Shown here in pieces: positions 27,472-37,013 of a stretch of 64,000 nucleotides of DNA. The position numbers and the translations under genes are program-made. The notes under the pieces were generated by a model. That model did no database searches and was not told the DNA's origin. It saw only the letters and a list, made by a program, of their open reading frames with translations. The stretch spans positions 15,506 to 79,505 of the forward strand of contig DASYXM010000083.1 of the NCBI GenBank assembly GCA_035934795.1, given 5' to 3'. This DNA comes from Bryobacteraceae bacterium. GTDB taxonomy: Bacteria; Acidobacteriota; Terriglobia; Bryobacterales; Bryobacteraceae. Positions within the stretch are counted from its first letter, which is position 1, and the number at the start of each line of letters is the position of its first letter.

Positions 27472-29391
27472 ATGTTTCATATGCCGAGTATTCGACGTAG
27501 GACCGTGTTGATGATCCCGATCGTAGTGGCCGTAGCGCTATCCTACGTGGCAGCATTTCTCCTGCGCTTCGAGTTCACTCTCCCGAATTCCGTGGAAGAG
27601 TTATTTCGCCTCGGGTTTTACATCTTTGTGCCGGCAAAGGGCTTCGCCTTTTGGATCGGCCGGATACCGGCGAATCGGTGGCGGTTGGTGGGCCTTTTCG
27701 ATTTGTACTGTATCGCCATGGCAAACCTCGCGGCTTCCGCACTGGCTTTCGCCGTTACGGCAGCGGTGGTCGGACCAGCTTTCCCGCGTTCCGTCTACAT
27801 CATCGATTGGGCGCTATGTTTCCTGGCCACCTCGGCCATTCAATTTTGTGTGCGCCTGTACCGGGAAGTTTTCGCGCCGAACGTGATGGAGAGCAGTGCG
27901 GCGAAGACGATTCTCATCTACGGGGCGGGAGCCGCGGGCCAGCTGCTCGGCAAGGAGTTCCGCTCAAACCCGAAATTGCGCGCTCGCATCGCGGGATTCC
28001 TGGACGATGATCCCGGCAAGCAGGGTGGATCTCTGGACGGCATGCCGATCCTTGGCAGGGGCTGCGATGCCTCCGACTTGGTCGCAACCTTCGCGCGAGA
28101 GCAGAGGCCGATTTCGGAGATCGTCATCGCAATGCCGTCCGCGACATCGGCGGAGATGCGAGTCGCGATTGCGCACTGCCGGGCTGCGGGTATCCCCTTT
28201 AAAACCATTCCCGGTGTGTCCGAACTGCTCGACGGCAAGATCGGCCCGCAGATTCGCGAGGTTTGTCCAAACGACTTGCTGGGACGGGAACCGGTCCGCA
28301 TCGACGAAGACAGGATCAGCCGGGCGATCGCCGGCGAGGCGGTGCTGGTTACCGGTGGCTGCGGCTCCATCGGATCGGAGTTATGCAGACAGATTGCCCG
28401 CTTCGAGCCTGGCAAATTGGTGATTTTCGATCAAGCGGAGAGCGAGATGTTCATGCTGGCGATGGATCTCCGCAAGCGCTATCCGGATGTGGACCTGGCG
28501 ACGGAGATAGGCGACATCTTTCGCGCTTCCCGGGTGAAGGACGTGATCTCGCGCCACGCCATCAGTGTCGTGTTTCATGCGGCCGCCTACAAGCACGTGC
28601 CGCTCATGGAAGAGAACGTCACCGAAGCGATTGAGAACAACGTGATCGGAACCTACAACGTGGCCCGGGCAGCTCACCAGCACGGAGTAAAGACCTTCGT
28701 ATTGATCTCTTCCGACAAGGCCGTGAATCCGACCAGCATCATGGGCGTGACCAAGCGCGTCGCCGAGCTGATTGTTTCCGCCAAGCCGTTTGACGGAGTG
28801 GCTGGGCTGGGCACATTTGTTTCGGTGCGGTTCGGCAACGTGCTGGGCAGCGCGGGAAGCGTTATCCCGATCTTCCAGCGGCAGATCGCCTCCGGAGGGC
28901 CGGTGACGGTGACGCATCCCGAAATGCGGCGGTACTTCATGAGCATTTCAGAGGCGGTCCAGTTGGTGCTGGAAGCCTCCACCATGGGTCGAGGGTCCGA
29001 AGTCTTCGTTCTAGATATGGGCGAACCCGTCCGGATTGTGGATCTGGCTCACAACATGATTCGACTCGGCGGTCTGGTGCCCGGCGAAGATATTGAGATT
29101 TGTTTCACCGGCCTCCGTCCCGGTGAAAAACTGTACGAAGAACTCCAACTGGATGGCGAGGACGTCCTGCCAACTCCGCATGAAAAGATAAAGAGGTTTC
29201 GGTCCGCGGCGCCCAATCCACGCTACATCGGGCGATGGCTGGAGCGCATGCGTGTCTTACTGACCGAAGGTGACTGTGAAGCCCAAAAGGCTCATCTGTT
29301 GCAGTTAGTTCCCGAGTACCAGGGCTCCGCTCCAGCCCGCAACGAGGCGGATACGGATCGACTGGCTCTCGTAAATGCCCGGGCATCGTAA
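27472..29391 (+). CDS. Membrane-bound CapD/WbpM/PglF-like nucleotide-sugar 4,6-dehydratase
   Basis: It has four N-terminal TMs, the Rossmann motifs 'ILIYGAGAAG' and 'VLVTGGCGSIGSEL', and the catalytic region 'AAAYKHVPLME' and 'SSDKAVNPTSIMGVTKR'. Confidence 0.9.
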   Translation: MFHMPSIRRRTVLMIPIVVAVALSYVAAFLLRFEFTLPNSVEELFRLGFYIFVPAKGFAFWIGRIPANRWRLVGLFDLYCIAMANLAASALAFAVTAAVVGPAFPRSVYIIDWALCFLATSAIQFCVRLYREVFAPNVMESSAAKTILIYGAGAAGQLLGKEFRSNPKLRARIAGFLDDDPGKQGGSLDGMPILGRGCDASDLVATFAREQRPISEIVIAMPSATSAEMRVAIAHCRAAGIPFKTIPGVSELLDGKIGPQIREVCPNDLLGREPVRIDEDRISRAIAGEAVLVTGGCGSIGSELCRQIARFEPGKLVIFDQAESEMFMLAMDLRKRYPDVDLATEIGDIFRASRVKDVISRHAISVVFHAAAYKHVPLMEENVTEAIENNVIGTYNVARAAHQHGVKTFVLISSDKAVNPTSIMGVTKRVAELIVSAKPFDGVAGLGTFVSVRFGNVLGSAGSVIPIFQRQIASGGPVTVTHPEMRRYFMSISEAVQLVLEASTMGRGSEVFVLDMGEPVRIVDLAHNMIRLGGLVPGEDIEICFTGLRPGEKLYEELQLDGEDVLPTPHEKIKRFRSAAPNPRYIGRWLERMRVLLTEGDCEAQKAHLLQLVPEYQGSAPARNEADTDRLALVNARAS

Positions 29392-29423
29392 AGTATGCGG
29401 GCTGCGGGCGGAGATGCGCGTCC

Positions 29424-30401
29424 ATGCCATATGGCAGCGTTATAGAAAGGTTGATCCCAGGATTCTCGGGAGGATTCGTTCTCGCGTTTCACGAAATCTC
29501 TCCAAGACACCTGGCCGATCTGGTCGATTGTCTCAGACCCGCCCAGCCCATTCCTTTATCGGAGGTGGTGGAGCGCAGCAGAAACGGGAAGTCCACTTCC
29601 GGACTCTTCGCCATCACGGTCGACGATGGCGAGGGTGACAATGTCAGGGCCTTGTCTCAACTCTTCCTGGCCAAGCAGTGGCCCGCGAGCTTTTACCTCC
29701 CTACTCACTATGTGGATACGGGCACGGGGATGATGTATCAGTGGTGGCGGCGGGTGAAGCCCCTACTGCCGCGGAGGCAATTGGAGCTTCGTTCCGGGGT
29801 CCTGAATCTCTCATCCCCTGGTGCGGTCGATGCATTGTCGAGAAAGATGGAATGGCTGTGGCATACGCAGCGCCTGGAATGCTATCTTCCACTGACCATG
29901 GATTTGGTTGAGCTGGTTGAGCGCGAGACAGGCTTGAAGAGAGCTGCCATCCGGCCCGAACCCCCCATTTCCTGGCCGGAAGTCGAGGCATTGAGCAAGA
30001 GCGATTTGATTGGATTCGAGAGCCACGGCGTATCCCACGCCGCTATGTCGTCGCTCACCGAAGAGGAGCTGGTGTTCGAGATGAGGCACAGCCGGGATCG
30101 GGTGGCGGAGCACACCGGTCGTCCGTGCCGCCATCTGGCTTATCCGTTCGGAAGCCCGCCCAGCATCGGAGCGCAAGCCGCCGCGACAGCGGCGCAATTC
30201 TACGATTCCGCCGTCACCATGAGCCTGGGGCACGTCGGTTCCGCCAACCCCTGGCTGCTTCCGAGGATTCCTCTTTACCCCGAGAATTCACTTCGATTTG
30301 CGCGACTGAAGATATTGCTCAAGTGCAGGACGTTCGGTCCCGCTGAAGGCCACGCGTCTGAACGCCTAAGATGTGGATGCACAGGTGAAAGCGGGCCGTG
30401 A
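29424..30401 (+). CDS. Polysaccharide deacetylase (NodB/CE4-like)
   Basis: NodB motif 1 is 'FAITVDDGEGDN'. The motif 2-like block is 'FESHGVSHAAM'. A further block is 'LAYPFG'. Confidence 0.8.
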   Translation: MPYGSVIERLIPGFSGGFVLAFHEISPRHLADLVDCLRPAQPIPLSEVVERSRNGKSTSGLFAITVDDGEGDNVRALSQLFLAKQWPASFYLPTHYVDTGTGMMYQWWRRVKPLLPRRQLELRSGVLNLSSPGAVDALSRKMEWLWHTQRLECYLPLTMDLVELVERETGLKRAAIRPEPPISWPEVEALSKSDLIGFESHGVSHAAMSSLTEEELVFEMRHSRDRVAEHTGRPCRHLAYPFGSPPSIGAQAAATAAQFYDSAVTMSLGHVGSANPWLLPRIPLYPENSLRFARLKILLKCRTFGPAEGHASERLRCGCTGESGP

Positions 30402-30430
30402 CATCCACGTCCGGCGGCCCGCCCCCGAGC

Positions 30431-32854
30431 CTAACGTTTCTTCTTGGTGCCGCCGGTGCTCCATACCGTCGTGTAAAGCGCGGCCACGTCGGCATCGCTC
30501 AACGCACGGTCATAGATTCGAACATCGTTCAGACTCCCGATGTAGGAGTTCGTTTGGCTTGAATCGGTCGCTAGGTACAAGCCGTACATATATTGCGCCA
30601 GGGCGCTTGTCCCCGTGAAAGTATTCGCCAGGAAGGGCACTGGCACGCCGTCGACGTACCCTTTTACGACGCCGGCCGAGAAAGTGAACACGACGTGATG
30701 CCAAGTGATCAATGGGAGAGAGTAATTCAAGGTGGCGTATTGTGTCCCCGCCGAAAACTGCGGGTAGCGATTGGCCCCGTTCAGCTTCACGTCCCAGTCG
30801 TACAGTTTCGAAATCACGCGCGGATCGGTGTTCGCGTTGGCGCTCGGACGCAACCAGAAGGCGACCGTCAACTGGTTTGTCGCCTCCAGGCTGGCGCTTT
30901 CCGCGACCGATCCATAGCTATTGGCTCCGCCAAACCATGCGGTCGTGCCGTAGTTGCTAGTCCACCAGGTGGGATTGAAAAGCGTCGCGGTATTCACGTT
31001 TCCCGAAGCGTCGTAAGCGTGGTTGCCGCTGCCCTCGTTGAACTTCCACTCGGCGACCAGGCCGGACGTGATGTCCGGGGTTCCCGAACTGCTCGCGGTG
31101 ATCGTAATCGCGACGGTAGCGGAAGCCGGCGGAGCGGAGCCGCTCCCGGTCACGACTACGTTATAGGTACCGGTGGCCGCCGTGGCGGATGCTGTGAACG
31201 TCAGGGTCGTGCCGCAGGTAGCGGTGCAACTGGAAGCGGAGAATCCGGCGGTCACCCCGGCCGGCAACGAGGATGTGGAGAACGCGACGGAGACGGCGCT
31301 ACCCGAGACCAGGGTCGCGGTGATGGCGTCGGCCGCGCTACGGCCCTGTTGGATAGGCAGGGACGCCGACCCCGCCGTCAGCGCGACGGACGATGTCACG
31401 ACGTTGGATATCGTTGTAACAGTGTCGTCGGAGGAAAGGGTAGTACCGTTGGACGAATTCGTGGAACCTACCCGGAAGTGGTACAGCGTGGATGCGGTCA
31501 GGCCCGACAGCGATATAGAATGCTGCGTCAGCATCGTCGAGTCCGTGGGGGTGGTGTTCGTGTAGCTGGTCAAGCCGTATTGTACGTACGAGGTGGACGC
31601 CTGGTCTGTCGACCAATTAATTGCGGCGGAATTCGAGGAGACTCCGGACGTGAACACGCCGGAAATGACAGGCGGCGGGTTAATTGTCCCCCCGCTACTT
31701 ACGTCATAGGCGCCGAGGCTGGGCGTTGCCGGCCGGGCGGCGCCCGTAATGTCATCAGCCACGGCCGCAAGACTCAGTCCGGATGCGATGGCCGGCGATC
31801 CGGTCTGGAGCTGGAAATTGGGAGAAGTGGAGGTGGGGTTCACGAACAGCGGATTGGCGCCAATTTGATTCGTGCCGATCGCAAGGCCCGAAGTGATGCC
31901 CACGCTGCTCACGCCGTAAATGAGATTGTTCTTGAAAGTGCTGCCCGTAATCGTCGCGGCATACTCGGTCAGCGCCGCACTATTCGGCTCATAGAAGATG
32001 TTGTTCTCTACGGTCATGTTGGAAATGGGGTTCCAGAACATGATCTGGCCGGCTTCGCCGTCGCCCGTGTTGGGGAATGCAAACGTATTGTTGGCGATCA
32101 GCCAATTGGATCCACCATCTATCTGAATCGACCATCCACTGGTCATGTTATAGAAAACATTGTTGATGATGGTCAGATTCGTGGCGGCCGCATAGATCCC
32201 ATGATCGAAGTGCAGTTGACTAATTCCGCCCGTCCGGCCAATGTTGTGGAAAATGTTGCCGTCGAATGTGAAGTTGTATTCGGACGAGTTCAGATAGATC
32301 CCATCGCGCCCGATTTGGTCGGTCACCGTGCGATTCGCAATGTTTCTGATTTCGTTCCACCGGAACGTAATGTCGTGCGCGGCGTTGTTGCTTTGAATGC
32401 CGGAATCGCAGGCGTGCTGAATCACGAAGCCTTGGATCACGATAAAGGACGCATTATAGAGATTGAAGTAGGACGCGGCACCATTGCAGGTGGTGGTCGT
32501 AGACGTGTTCCCAGAGTCCAGTATCGCCCCGCCCCGGTTCTGCGCCATGAAGGTGATCGGATTCCCGGCGGTGCCCGAGTATTGGAGAGTTACCACGAAG
32601 TTGGGTTCTACTACGCCCTCGTTATCATAGGTGCCATCCGTCACGATGACCGTGTCGCCGGCTCGCGCCACCGCCGCTCCTTTGGAAAGATGGCGAAAAG
32701 GGGCACTTTGAGTGCCGGCGTTGGAATCGCTACCTCCCGTGGAGATGTAGTATGTCGCGGCGCTCGCACATTGACCCGACAGTGTCAGCGTGGCCGCCAG
32801 GATCAGCAAACTGAGCCGGGAACTGGCAGGGTCGCTTTCGAATCTCAATTTCAC
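30431..32854 (-). CDS. Secreted multidomain protein: right-handed beta-helix (DUF1565/pectate-lyase fold) + Fn3-like + Ig-like + LamG/concanavalin-like domain
   Basis: After a signal peptide comes 'ATYYISTGGSDSNAGTQSAPFRHLSKGAAVARAGDTVIVTDGTY' and repeated 'N..F.N' beta-helix rungs. The Fn3-like block is 'AINWSTDQASTSYVQYG...LYHFRV'. The LamG-like block is 'LVAEWKFNEGSG...LNDVRIYDRALS'. Confidence 0.8.
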   Translation of the reverse strand: MKLRFESDPASSRLSLLILAATLTLSGQCASAATYYISTGGSDSNAGTQSAPFRHLSKGAAVARAGDTVIVTDGTYDNEGVVEPNFVVTLQYSGTAGNPITFMAQNRGGAILDSGNTSTTTTCNGAASYFNLYNASFIVIQGFVIQHACDSGIQSNNAAHDITFRWNEIRNIANRTVTDQIGRDGIYLNSSEYNFTFDGNIFHNIGRTGGISQLHFDHGIYAAATNLTIINNVFYNMTSGWSIQIDGGSNWLIANNTFAFPNTGDGEAGQIMFWNPISNMTVENNIFYEPNSAALTEYAATITGSTFKNNLIYGVSSVGITSGLAIGTNQIGANPLFVNPTSTSPNFQLQTGSPAIASGLSLAAVADDITGAARPATPSLGAYDVSSGGTINPPPVISGVFTSGVSSNSAAINWSTDQASTSYVQYGLTSYTNTTPTDSTMLTQHSISLSGLTASTLYHFRVGSTNSSNGTTLSSDDTVTTISNVVTSSVALTAGSASLPIQQGRSAADAITATLVSGSAVSVAFSTSSLPAGVTAGFSASSCTATCGTTLTFTASATAATGTYNVVVTGSGSAPPASATVAITITASSSGTPDITSGLVAEWKFNEGSGNHAYDASGNVNTATLFNPTWWTSNYGTTAWFGGANSYGSVAESASLEATNQLTVAFWLRPSANANTDPRVISKLYDWDVKLNGANRYPQFSAGTQYATLNYSLPLITWHHVVFTFSAGVVKGYVDGVPVPFLANTFTGTSALAQYMYGLYLATDSSQTNSYIGSLNDVRIYDRALSDADVAALYTTVWSTGGTKKKR

Positions 32855-33132
32855 AGCGTTTTACCTCGTACTTCGGAAAGTTTGTCTCGGTGCCGAAGCG
32901 TAAATCGGCAGGACGGTGCCCGGTCCTGGTTACGACGACCGCTGCGACCGGGGCGCCGTGCGCTCGGGAGTGCCACGAACGCATTGCTCGGCCAGAAACG
33001 AAGAACTGCAACCACATGAATCTCGAACCCTATCGGCGACGACCTCCGGAGCTACAAGCTGGGATTAAACGGGCGGTAACGGCAGCAAACCCCAAGCACC
33101 CTGGACGCTTCTCGCTAGAAGTCCCATAGTAC

Positions 33133-33148
33133 TGGCAGAACCATCGCT
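33133..33148 (+). promoter_or_regulatory. Weaker sigma-54-like -24/-12 element upstream of the VanZ-like/GT2 genes
   Basis: TGGCAGAACCATCGCT has correct GG-N10-GC spacing, but the -12 region reads TCGCT. It lies ~90 nt upstream of ATG 33239. Confidence 0.25.
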
Positions 33149-33238
33149 CTACCATTCGGAAGGCACCCTAGAGAGGTGCGGGATTCGCCCTATGCAAAAT
33201 TGTGTGAATACGCCTAACTCATTGAAACAAAGCGAGAA

Positions 33239-33655
33239 ATGGATATGAATCTGCTGCGAACATGGCGCACTGACTCACGCTGGGCAGCGGTTAGGCGGTG
33301 GCTGCTGTGCTTGTGGGGGCTAGCGATCTGCACAATCGCTACGGGGTCGCTCCTCCCCTCTTCCGCGCTCCATGCGCTGCATTACGACGATCTAAATCTC
33401 GATGACAAGCTCGTGCATGTGCTCAACTACACGATTCTGGGCGGCCTACCGGTAGTCGCTCTCGAGGTCCTCGGCCTGGGCGTAATCTGCGCCGGTGCGA
33501 TGATCTTTTTCGGCGCTTGCCTTGAACTGATCCAAACACTGGTCCCGGGCCGCAGCGCGGAGGTGGGCGACCTCGTGGCGAACATCTGCGGCGTCGTGGC
33601 TGGCGTGCTCGTGGCTCTGGTCGTGAGGAGGGCACTGAGGTGGAAACATCCATGA
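33239..33655 (+). CDS. VanZ-like family membrane protein
   Basis: Four TM helices, with 'DKLVHVLNYTILGG' and 'LELIQTLVPGRSAEVGDLVANICGVVAGV'. Confidence 0.75.
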   Translation: MDMNLLRTWRTDSRWAAVRRWLLCLWGLAICTIATGSLLPSSALHALHYDDLNLDDKLVHVLNYTILGGLPVVALEVLGLGVICAGAMIFFGACLELIQTLVPGRSAEVGDLVANICGVVAGVLVALVVRRALRWKHP

Positions 33656-34704
33656 AGATATCCGTGGTCATTCCCTGCCGCAACGAAAGGTCCCATATCA
33701 GTGAATTTCTCGATTCACTCCTGCGCCAGGAGATGAGGACTGACTGGCAAATGGAAATACTTGTTGCTGACGGTCTCAGCGACGACGGGACGCGCGAGAT
33801 TCTTGCCCGCTACTGCGAGCGGACATCAACCGTCCGTGTGATCGACAATCCCGGCCGGATAGTATCCACCGGGCTCAATGCCGCCATCGTTGCATCCACG
33901 GGAGACATCATCGTCCGTATGGATGCGCACACGGTCTACGCGCGAAACTACATACGCGAGTGCGTGCACGCGCTGCAAGTGTCGGGAGCGGACAACGTCG
34001 GCGGGCCGTGGGTTGCGGAAGGCCGGGGAATCGTCGGCCGGGCCATCGCCGCGGCGTTCCGATCCCCATTTTGCACCGGCGGAGGCAAAGCTCACGATGC
34101 GGACTACGAAGGCGAGGTCGACACCGTATACCTGGGATGTTGGGCCCGATCTACCTTCGACAGGGCCGGCTTATTCGATTCGACGTTAGTGCGTAATCAG
34201 GACGACGAATTCAACTTCCGCTTGCGGCGGCTAGGGGGACGAATCTGGCAGTCGCCCCGAATCAAGTCGTCTTATACGCCCCGGGCCTCGATCGCCGCTT
34301 TGTTTCGGCAATACCTGCAGTACGGCTTCTGGAAGGTTGCCGTAATCCGGAAACATCGCGCCTTGGCCTCTTGGAGACACGCGGTGCCCGTGATGTTCGT
34401 AGGTTGGGTTCTGCTCTCGTTGGCACTGATCGCGTCATCCCTAGCACTTGGCATAGGGGCCCTCGCGTCCGCGGTGTGGGGTGCGTTGGCAACCGGGCTG
34501 GCTATATACGTAGTGGCGGCGGTCGCCGCTGCGTTGCCGTTCTCGCGGTCGCTGGATGCGGGGGCCCTTCTGATCCTGCCGTGCGTGATTGCGGTCTACC
34601 ACATCGCATACGGGTTAGGATTTCTGAGTGGAATTCTCAAATTCGCGGGCGGCGGGACCGATGCACGGGGGCCGGCTCGAGCTTTTACCACCTTGACGCG
34701 ATGA
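33640..34704 (+). CDS. Glycosyltransferase family 2 with C-terminal TM helices
   Basis: Motifs are 'ISVVIPCRNE', 'DGLSDDGT' and 'IVRMDAHTVY' (DxH/DxD region), followed by a hydrophobic C-terminal third. Confidence 0.85.
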   Translation: METSMKISVVIPCRNERSHISEFLDSLLRQEMRTDWQMEILVADGLSDDGTREILARYCERTSTVRVIDNPGRIVSTGLNAAIVASTGDIIVRMDAHTVYARNYIRECVHALQVSGADNVGGPWVAEGRGIVGRAIAAAFRSPFCTGGGKAHDADYEGEVDTVYLGCWARSTFDRAGLFDSTLVRNQDDEFNFRLRRLGGRIWQSPRIKSSYTPRASIAALFRQYLQYGFWKVAVIRKHRALASWRHAVPVMFVGWVLLSLALIASSLALGIGALASAVWGALATGLAIYVVAAVAAALPFSRSLDAGALLILPCVIAVYHIAYGLGFLSGILKFAGGGTDARGPARAFTTLTR

Positions 34705-35951
34705 GCTTCGAATCTGCGGTCTTTTCCATTGAGGCGCGGCCTGATTCGATATCGGCCCCTTCATCGATCCATAAGTCGGGACGTTACCAGTCCTTGGATG
34801 CGCTCCGGGGCATTGCGGCGATGGTGGTCGTGGTTCAACACTCGATGATGACTCTGCCTGCGTGGTCCGACGTCGTGCTTCACGGCGTTCACCGCTCCAT
34901 CTTTGCGGTCATTCTAGGGAGCCCGCCGCTGGACGTATTGTGGGCCGGCGACGCGGCTGTTAAGGTATTTTTCGCTCTTAGCGGCTTCGTCCTGGCCCTC
35001 ATGTTCCTGCGGCCAGATCCACCCAGCTACATGGCCTTTGCCGTGAAGCGCGTCTGCCGTATCTACATTCCGTACATCGTGGTCGTCGCGATTGCGATGC
35101 TCATCATGACGGTCGCAGAATCGAGTCGAAAACCGGAGCTGAGCGAGTGGTTCAGATCCTCCTGGAACCATGGCGTCACCTGGTCTTTGGTCCTCGATCA
35201 CGTTCTCATGCTGGGCCAGCAAAAGTACAACTTCGTGGATAACCCGATTTGGTCGCTGGTTCACGAGATGCGCTACTCGCTGGTCTTTCCTCTGGTCATG
35301 TGGGCGGTGATCCGGGCGAAGTGGTGGCCCTTAGTCGCTTCCTCGCTGTTGGCAAGCGTCGCCGCCATGGGCGCCCTCAAACACGTCAACAGCAACTGGG
35401 CCGTCGATTCCCTACAGTACGCGTTCCTGTTCGTTACCGGGGCCACACTGGCCAAATACAGAGTCGAAGTCGCCCAGCGGTTTCGTAACCTCCCGACGAC
35501 GTTGAGGATTGCGATTGGCGCGACGAGCGTTGTGTTACTCAGCGCTCACGGCCTGGCACACGCCGGCATTGCGCTGGTCCGGGCGTTTGCTTTTGTTGCG
35601 CCTCACATTGGGGCGGTGCTGCTATTGATGAGCGTCATCGGATCCGCGTGGGCTCAGGAGGCGCTCGAAAGGCAGCCCTGCTTGTGGATAGGGCGCGTTT
35701 CTTACAGTCTCTACCTTTCGCATGTAGTTCTCTTGTTGACCTTGGTTGCCGTTCTCCACCGCCGGGTTTCCATTTACGCGATTCTCTTCGCGCTGCCTGC
35801 CCTCGCGTTGGGGCTCGCCGGTGTGTTGCATCGATGGCTCGAGCAGCCCGCGATCGATCTCGGACGGCGCCTAGGAAACGGAATCGAGAGGACAAAGCGG
35901 CCCCTGGACCACCGTGATGTTCCCGGGGCTTACTCCGTTCAAGCGTCGTAA
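34701..35951 (+). CDS. Acyltransferase family 3 (membrane O-acyltransferase)
   Basis: Motifs are 'YQSLDALRGIAAMVVVVQH' and 'WSLVHEMRYSLVFPL', with ~10 TMs. The start is at ATG 34701, an ATGA overlap with the GT2 stop. The ORF-track start at 34371 is an out-of-frame overlap artefact. Confidence 0.85.
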   Translation: MSFESAVFSIEARPDSISAPSSIHKSGRYQSLDALRGIAAMVVVVQHSMMTLPAWSDVVLHGVHRSIFAVILGSPPLDVLWAGDAAVKVFFALSGFVLALMFLRPDPPSYMAFAVKRVCRIYIPYIVVVAIAMLIMTVAESSRKPELSEWFRSSWNHGVTWSLVLDHVLMLGQQKYNFVDNPIWSLVHEMRYSLVFPLVMWAVIRAKWWPLVASSLLASVAAMGALKHVNSNWAVDSLQYAFLFVTGATLAKYRVEVAQRFRNLPTTLRIAIGATSVVLLSAHGLAHAGIALVRAFAFVAPHIGAVLLLMSVIGSAWAQEALERQPCLWIGRVSYSLYLSHVVLLLTLVAVLHRRVSIYAILFALPALALGLAGVLHRWLEQPAIDLGRRLGNGIERTKRPLDHRDVPGAYSVQAS

Positions 35952-36021
35952 GTAAATCGGCCTGCCGTAAGTTGGGGCTCCAGCTTAACGGCAATCAACC
36001 CCGGAGGCATAGAAAAAGCGC

Positions 36022-36891
36022 ATGTTCGGATCCACGATCGACTACCAGCTGTTACGACCGTTCACGCACAGCCGCAACTTCGCGACCGAAGAGGAAATCG
36101 ATGCACGCACTGGCAAGATGAGTATCGATCTGGACGCTGCGGCAAGCAGAATTCTGAAGCTCCAAAAGAGGTTAAGAGGCCGCCTTCCGATCGAGCCAGA
36201 TTTCCGGTACCTCGACATCGGCTGCGGCGGCGGAGACATCGCCCTTGGTTTAGCGCAGCTTGGCGCCGGACACGTGACGGGCATAGATATTGTGCCGCGA
36301 TACATTTCGGCGGCCACCGCGAACGCGGATCGACTGCAGTTGACGGACCGCGTTCAGTTTCTCCATCAGGATATTCACCATTGGGCGCCGTCTGAGCGGT
36401 ACGACGTGGTCCTTTCGCACGAAGCCCTGGAGCACATTCGCGATCCCCAAGCATTTCTTCGGGTCTTGAAGCGTTTCGTCCGGCCTCACGGAATCGCTGT
36501 GCTTGCGTTCGGCCCTCTGTTTCATTCGCCGGTCGGCGATCATATGGATGGATTCTTTCGAATGCCAATTCCGTGGAGAGGAGCCCTGTTCTCGGAGAAG
36601 GCGATCTTGCGTCTGCGGGCGGAAAAGTTCAGACCGACCGAGGGGTCTTCTTCATACCACGAAATCGTCGGCGGGTTGAACCTGCTCCGCTATTCGGAGT
36701 TCCTCAGATACACGGCCGCGGCGGGATGGCAAGTCGATTTCCTGGACGTCAACCCGCAGCTAAGGAAGATCCCGCCCCTCTACTGGCTGTCAAGCGCGCT
36801 CTGTCGCCTACCGGGAATACAGAATTACTTCGCGGGTTCCGTTTACACCATCCTGCGGCATGATCCGGACTGGTTTGCGCGGGCGGATTGA
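36022..36891 (+). CDS. Class I SAM-dependent methyltransferase
   Basis: Motif I is 'YLDIGCGGGDIALGLA'. Further blocks are 'GIDI' and 'YDVVLSHEALEHI'. Confidence 0.8.
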   Translation: MFGSTIDYQLLRPFTHSRNFATEEEIDARTGKMSIDLDAAASRILKLQKRLRGRLPIEPDFRYLDIGCGGGDIALGLAQLGAGHVTGIDIVPRYISAATANADRLQLTDRVQFLHQDIHHWAPSERYDVVLSHEALEHIRDPQAFLRVLKRFVRPHGIAVLAFGPLFHSPVGDHMDGFFRMPIPWRGALFSEKAILRLRAEKFRPTEGSSSYHEIVGGLNLLRYSEFLRYTAAAGWQVDFLDVNPQLRKIPPLYWLSSALCRLPGIQNYFAGSVYTILRHDPDWFARAD

Positions 36892-37013
36892 ACGGAGAGC
36901 TTTTTCCCAATTCTTGGATATCGGCGACGAATGAAGCATCGACACTTCGTGGCTTCTTCTCTCCGATTGTGTGGTTGGCTCTTCCGGGAGCGAAAGGAAG
37001 GGGATGATCTGAC

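Noticed and set aside
30593-33019. 808-aa plus-strand ORF, the longest in that region.
   Set aside because: It is the antisense shadow of the 807-aa beta-helix gene. Its product is Arg/Gly-rich low-complexity sequence with no motifs, whereas the minus-strand product has a signal peptide and clear domain structure. Other long Arg/Pro/Gly-rich antisense ORFs, such as 209-775, 3444-4364, 8562-9128, 13055-13855, 16440-17204, 37122-37892, 44324-45103, 54867-55637 and 58966-59865, were discarded for the same reason.
33020-33170. tRNA-like words ('GAATCTCGAACCC', 'GCTCTACCATTCGG') in the intergenic region.
   Set aside because: I could not fold a cloverleaf on either strand. There are no complementary acceptor or D stems and no T-loop consensus. 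They are most likely chance similarity.
34371-34700. N-terminal extension of the acyltransferase ORF.
   Set aside because: It overlaps the GT2 gene out of frame. An ATGA stop/start overlap at 34701 gives a canonical acyltransferase-3 N-terminus.
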